A program made the translations under genes and the position numbers. A stretch of 63,930 bases of DNA, the filler included, from Nitrospirae bacterium CG2_30_53_67 (GTDB taxonomy: Bacteria; CG2-30-53-67): NCBI GenBank assembly GCA_001873285.1. It is 7 parts of 7 records of this genome, joined end to end, with 100 filler letters (N's around TTAATTAATTAA, not from the genome) between each part and the next. Parts side by side here need not be neighbours in the genome. Positions count along the whole stretch, not along the records: positions 53,285 to 59,375 come from MNYV01000058.1; positions 59,476 to 63,930 come from MNYV01000019.1; 5 more parts are not named here. The stretch is one strand, 5' to 3'. Position 1 is the first letter of the stretch. Each line of letters opens with the position of its first letter. A model generated the notes under the pieces. That model made no database searches and was not told the DNA's origin. It saw only the letters and a list, made by a program, of their open reading frames with translations. This document shows positions 59,373 to 63,930 of this stretch, piece by piece.

Positions 59373-59536
59373 CGANNNNNNNNNNNNNNNNNNNNNNNNN
59401 NNNNNNNNNNNNNNNNNNNTTAATTAATTAANNNNNNNNNNNNNNNNNNNNNNNNNNNNNNNNNNNNNNNNNNNNGGGTACCCAGATCAAGTCATTGTGG
59501 TTGTTGCGCTTACTTATGATGGCAGGAGGGATCGAG

Positions 59537-59755
59537 ATGGCCGGCGAAATTAATGATATCTTAATGCGTGTGGGGGTAGCGGTCCTTGCAGGGGGACTGG
59601 TGGGACTGGAACGGAGCTACCAAGGGCGCCCTGCCGGTTTCCGCACCCACACTCTTGTGTGTATGGCTTCGAGTCTCCTGATGCTTGTAACAATTTATCA
59701 GGAACAATTTCAGGATTTCTCCAACGGGCGACTGAATATGTTAAGGGGAATTTAG
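59537..59755 (+). pseudogene. Truncated MgtC/SapB-family gene
   Basis: GGLVGLER..RPAGFRTH.LV. Similarity ends after ~58 aa. Confidence 0.8.
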
Positions 59756-59845
59756 GGACGGACCCTAACGGGGTGAGCGGTAAGTGGAGGGTGGTGAGGA
59801 CGCCGAAGGCGTGGACCTCAACGCCACTCTCGAGGAGGCCGAGGC

Positions 59846-61342
59846 GTGACGAGTGTTCGCGACAATGACTACCTTGCCGGTCTTGTGCACGAGCTGTGCA
59901 AGCTGCCGCGCGAAACCGAGTGGGTTGAGTTCAAAGTGAGCAAGGCGGAACCGCAAGAGATTGGTGAGTACCTGTCGGCCTTGGCCAATTCCGCCGCTCT
60001 GAACGGCAAGGCCTTTGCCTACTTGGTCTGGGGTGTCGAGGACGGGACGCACGCCATCGTCGGTACGAGTTTCTCGCTCTCCAAGGCGAAAAAAGGCAAT
60101 GAGCCGCTGGAGACCTGGCTGCTCCGACTGCTCACGCCGAAGATTCACTTTCGCTTCTTCGAGTTGAACCTGGAAGGCCGACCGGTCGTTCTTCTGGAGA
60201 TTGGTCGCGCCTTCCGACATCCGGTGCGCTTCCAGAGTAAAGCCTTCATTCGCGTCGGCCCGGTGAAAAAGCCGCTCAAAGACGCACCCGACCGCGAGCG
60301 GGATTTGTGGCGTATCCTCGACCGGACGCCGTTCGAGGACTTACTCGCTGTCGAACATGTCACAGCCGATGAGGTGTTGCGACTGCTGGACTATCCGGCC
60401 TACTTCGATTTGCTGGAACAGTCGCTGCCTGCCAATCGAGATGGGATACTTGAAGCCCTGAGCAACGACCACCTGATCCGCGCCTGCGAGGTCGGCGGCT
60501 TCAACATCACCAACCTGGGCGCCATCCTGTTCGCCAGGAAGCTTGGCGACTTCCCGCAGCTCAAACGCAAAGCCATGCGGGTCATACAGTATCGCGGCAG
60601 GGGTCGCACCGAGACGTTGAAGGAACAGGAAGACAGCAAAGGCTACGCCAGCGGCTTCGCTGGATTGATCGGCTACATCAACAATTTGCTGCCATCTAAT
60701 GAGGTGATTGAGCAGGCCCTGCGCAAGACGGTACCGATGTTCCCCGAGTTGGCGGTGCGCGAGTTGGAGGCGAACGCCTTAATCCACCAGGACTTCTTCG
60801 TCACCGGCGCCGGGCCGATGGTGGAGATTTTCGAGGACCGCTTGGAGATCACGAATCCAGGCGAACCGCTGGTGGACACCCAACGTTTCGTGGACACGCC
60901 GCCGAAATCTCGAAACGAGGCGCTGGCTTCGATGATGAGGCGGTTCCGTATTTGCGAGGAGCGCGGCAGCGGGATCGACAAAGTCATTTTCCAGGTGGAG
61001 CTGTTCCAGCTACCGGCGCCACTTTTCGAGAAACCGGACGGATTCACGAGGGTGGTTCTGTTCGCCCACAAGCCATTGTCTGCAATGGACAAGGCGGATC
61101 GTGTGCGGGCCTGCTATCTGCACGCATGCCTGTGCTACGTGACTCGCAAGCCCATGACCAACACGTCGGTTCGAGAGCGGTTCGGGATCACCGAGAAGAA
61201 CGCCGCGGTGGCTTCCCGCCTGCTCAATGAGGCTGTGGAGGCAGGGATGATTCTGGTGCGGGATCCCGATGCGGGGACGCGGAATCGGACATATCTGCCG
61301 TTCTGGGCCGCACCAGCCACAGCCAGGGAGGGGATTGCTTGA
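59846..61342 (+). CDS. AlbA_2/Schlafen-like domain + HATPase_c_4 protein (RecG-C-like, often found in R-M operons)
   Basis: ETEWVEFK..SALANS..LVWGVED, RELEANALIHQD, ITNPG, SRN, CEERGSGIDK, C-terminal wHTH. Confidence 0.88.
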   Translation: MTSVRDNDYLAGLVHELCKLPRETEWVEFKVSKAEPQEIGEYLSALANSAALNGKAFAYLVWGVEDGTHAIVGTSFSLSKAKKGNEPLETWLLRLLTPKIHFRFFELNLEGRPVVLLEIGRAFRHPVRFQSKAFIRVGPVKKPLKDAPDRERDLWRILDRTPFEDLLAVEHVTADEVLRLLDYPAYFDLLEQSLPANRDGILEALSNDHLIRACEVGGFNITNLGAILFARKLGDFPQLKRKAMRVIQYRGRGRTETLKEQEDSKGYASGFAGLIGYINNLLPSNEVIEQALRKTVPMFPELAVRELEANALIHQDFFVTGAGPMVEIFEDRLEITNPGEPLVDTQRFVDTPPKSRNEALASMMRRFRICEERGSGIDKVIFQVELFQLPAPLFEKPDGFTRVVLFAHKPLSAMDKADRVRACYLHACLCYVTRKPMTNTSVRERFGITEKNAAVASRLLNEAVEAGMILVRDPDAGTRNRTYLPFWAAPATAREGIA

Positions 61343-61478
61343 TGGTTCGACTTCTGTTGGCCCTTTCCCGGTACTGCGCTATGTGCAACTTATTGAAAAG
61401 ACTGGTCTTGTGGCTTCCTGCGTTGATTGATGGTTGCTTGATGACGGTAAGGGAGGGCGCTGCAGGGAGGAGGTCTCG

Positions 61479-61586
61479 ATGAAGAGTGACACCAGCGAAC
61501 GCTGCCTCGAACGCCTGATCTGTACGGCGCTGATCGGCGCGCCGTGCGTCCGGAATTCCGGGGACACAATACTTAATTCTATTTAA
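61479..61586 (+). pseudogene. Possible N-terminal stub of a type I restriction subunit R
   Basis: GGAGG RBS, then MKSDTSERCLERLICTALIGAPC, cut off at a GGGGACAC motif. Similarity is from recall only. Confidence 0.45.
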
Positions 61587-61611
61587 ATCTCAATCATAAG
61601 GAGGAAAAACC

Positions 61612-61719
61612 ATGAGCAAAGGCCAGGACAGCAAGAAGACAACCAAGAAGAAACCAGCCAAAACCAAGAAAGAAAAAAAAGCAGCAAAGAGAGCCAAGAA
61701 GGAACAAAAGAAGGGCTAA
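61612..61719 (+). CDS. Small Lys-rich protein, 35 aa (not in the ORF track)
   Basis: AAGGAGG RBS, MSKGQDSKKTTKKKPAKTKKEKKAAKRAKKEQKKG*. Confidence 0.7.
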   Translation: MSKGQDSKKTTKKKPAKTKKEKKAAKRAKKEQKKG

Positions 61720-61826
61720 GAGTCTTCCATGTAGACCCCTGAGGGCGGTTTTCTAAAGATTTCTCCCTTCGGTCGAAATGACCAAGGGAGAGAATTCCAC
61801 AGAGCTTCAGGGGAATTAGGGACAGC

Positions 61827-61996
61827 GGGGTTGTTGAAAAAGTGATTTTCTGATCTCATGCCGTCATTCCCGCGTAGGCGGGAATCCAGGTCTTTCATAG
61901 TATTACTGGATGCCCGCTCCCCGCTGAATGCATGCGGGGACAAGTTTATCGGGCATGACAAACTTATTTACCATAAGAGACTTTTTCAAGAGCCCC
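61827..61996. mobile_element. MITE-like element (170 bp) with a 5-bp target duplication
   Basis: TIRs GGGGTTGTTGAAAAAGTG / GGGGCTCTTGAAAAAGTC, ACAGC on both flanks, internal GTCATTCCCGCG..GGGAATCC palindrome. Confidence 0.7.
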
Positions 61997-62166
61997 ACAG
62001 CGACCATTTAAAAAGAATTACCCGCAACGGCAGATAAGGGGACTTTTCGAGGGTCCGGGAGAGAGGGTCCGAGGATCACATCTCCAAATATCAATTTTCT
62101 CAGTGACAAATGCAAGGGATAAAAGGGGATGGGATGCGGTTAACCCTACATTCAAGGAAAGATGCC

Positions 62167-63930
62167 ATGCAGAAACTTAAGAGTTCTGTTGAAATCTTTC
62201 GGCGCTATGGAATAGGATGGTTGTGGGTAGCTGCGTTTTTTCTTCTCTGTTTTACTTCCGTTGCGGCGGCAGGCCCGTGCCCTCCGTTCTACCTGAAGAC
62301 GGATGACGGCAAAATCATTAATCCCATGAGCGGCGATAACGCCGATCAGCCATACTCCACACGTCAGACCTGCGGCTCATGCCATCCTTACGAAAAGATC
62401 AGAGAAGGTTATCATTTCGATATGGGGTGGAAGGATGCCAGGGACAATTTTATAAAAGACAAACCTTGGTTTTTAACTCTCGGCATGACCGGCGGCTTCT
62501 GAATGGCTTCTTATCGCCAGTTGGCGAAAAAGAATTTTTCACAACCTGATGAGGTGGAATTTACTCCCTTCACGTTTGCGGCAGAGGGTCCAAAGGATTC
62601 TGAGAACCTTGGCAAACCGGGCTGTGGCGGCTGTCATCCCGGGGGTGGAATGATGGAGCTGGACCGGGATGGACTGCGTTACGACAAGCGACTGATAAAG
62701 TCCCCTGCCTTGGCGGAGTCTTTGGATGGGGACTATTACAAAAGCAAATGGGACAAAACAGGGGTGGTTGAGGTAGATTGTTTCATCTGTCATCTTCCCG
62801 GCTACGACTACAAGAATCGTGTCAAACAGCTCAAGTTCCTGAATTTCAAATGGGCAACGGTTGCGGGATCCGGTATCGGGCAGGTTATGGGGTTTGTCAA
62901 AGATGGTGTAGTACCGAGGGTGGAGTACAACAAACGGTTTTTTAATGAAGACGGCCGGGTCTCTCTGCCGATGCCCCGAAAACCGAGTTACGAAAACTGC
63001 ATGCTCTGCCATCGTTCCATAGACACTGCAAAACGCGGAACGACCTGGGCCGACCCTGAAAATCCGGATGTGCATCATCTTGCCGGGCTGACCTGTATCA
63101 ATTGTCATCCCGGCGGTCTGGACCATCAGATCGCAAAGGGAGACGAAAATGCCAACCATGTCCGAGACGATCTGGACAACACCATGAGAACCTGCGAGGA
63201 CTGCCACACCCAAGGTTACATGGGGGCAACGGTGATGAAACATCTGACGATCCGGACGGACCATCTTGAATGGATTGCCTGTCAGACGTGCCATATCCCG
63301 AATCTGCACCGCGCCAGGATCGAGAGTATGGTCGTGGTATCCGGCCCGGCAATCAAATTTACCGAGACTCTTGCTGCCGAGATCGGGGCGAGGGTTGACG
63401 CCAAGCCGGCCTATGAGCGCCTTGAGCATCGAACCAGGGAGAAGGACAGAGGCAAGATCTATCCTGTCAATCGGGCCATACCCACTTATTATACCAATCT
63501 GGACGCCGATGGCATACACTATCCGCTTTTCATTTCCGAGGTCACAAAGGCCCTCGACAGCATCAGGCACGAACTGAAAGTAAACGAGAAGTCAAAGATT
63601 ATAGAGATCTATTCTGAGAAAGATATGAAGCTGATGCTTTTATCCCTGTCAGAGACGCTGAAGGGAGACAAGCGTTTTAAACAGGTTAAGCCGTTTTATC
63701 ATAAGGGTTGGAGAGTTCATTATCTGGACGAGAACCGGAACCTGATCTCTCAAAAGGATGAAACCTGGGTCGGCGCATCTCAGTCATACAGCATCAGTCA
63801 TAACGTCGCTCCGGTAACGCAAGCGCTTGGTTATGGCGGATGCGTTGACTGCCATTCAAGCAATTCTCAAATATTCTACGGCAACGTTCTCACAGACGTT
63901 TTCGGGCAGGACGGCAGGCCGGTCTATGCC
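62167..63930 (+). CDS. Periplasmic octaheme c-type cytochrome with an in-frame UGA (candidate selenocysteine). Runs off the window end.
   Basis: Signal peptide and CGSCH before TGA 62500-62502. The same frame stays open to 63930 with CGGCH, CFICH, CMLCH, CINCH, CEDCH, CQTCH and CVDCH. Confidence 0.85.
62503..62534 (+). promoter_or_regulatory. Candidate bacterial SECIS hairpin
   Basis: UGA-AUGGC-UUCUU-A-UCGCC-AGUU-GGCGA-AA-AAGAA. The apical loop follows a 16-nt spacer after the UGA and has G at loop position 2 followed by U. Confidence 0.65.

Noticed and set aside
62539..63570. 343-aa minus-strand ORF
   Set aside because: It is the antisense shadow of the octaheme cytochrome frame and has no recognisable motifs.
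1..63930. tRNA, rRNA or riboswitch genes
   Set aside because: None recognised by eye. An Infernal/Rfam and tRNAscan search would be needed to exclude them.

Overview
A stitched window of seven contig segments. Six 100-nt N gaps, each carrying a TTAATTAATTAA linker, lie at 6548-6647, 32308-32407, 38896-38995, 46887-46986, 53185-53284 and 59376-59475, so gene adjacency across them is not evidence. Gene content suggests an anaerobic diderm bacterium, probably Deltaproteobacteria/Desulfobacterota-like (inference). Segment 1: housekeeping genes (ABC-F, cold-shock protein, typA, PPIase). Segment 2: a type II secretion operon (gspCDEFGH) divergent from a Wzx/Wzy-type polysaccharide locus that begins with an unusual FG-GAP/OmpA-like/OPX fusion. 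A candidate RiPP cluster converges on that locus: HprK-like kinase, radical SAM/SPASM enzyme, a 59-aa Cys-containing precursor missed by the ORF track, and a PqqD/RRE protein. Segment 3: a Tat-exported PsrA/PhsA-like molybdoenzyme operon coupled to a Rieske/cytochrome b module and a multiheme cytochrome. Segment 4: pdxA, DUF4912, GH57 and coaE. Segments 5-6: a toxin-antitoxin-rich region with long direct repeats and a solitary attC site, then glnE. Segment 7: a captured restriction-modification-operon fragment and an octaheme cytochrome c with an in-frame UGA followed by a SECIS-like hairpin (candidate selenoprotein). The strongest leads are the RiPP cluster and the Sec-octaheme cytochrome.
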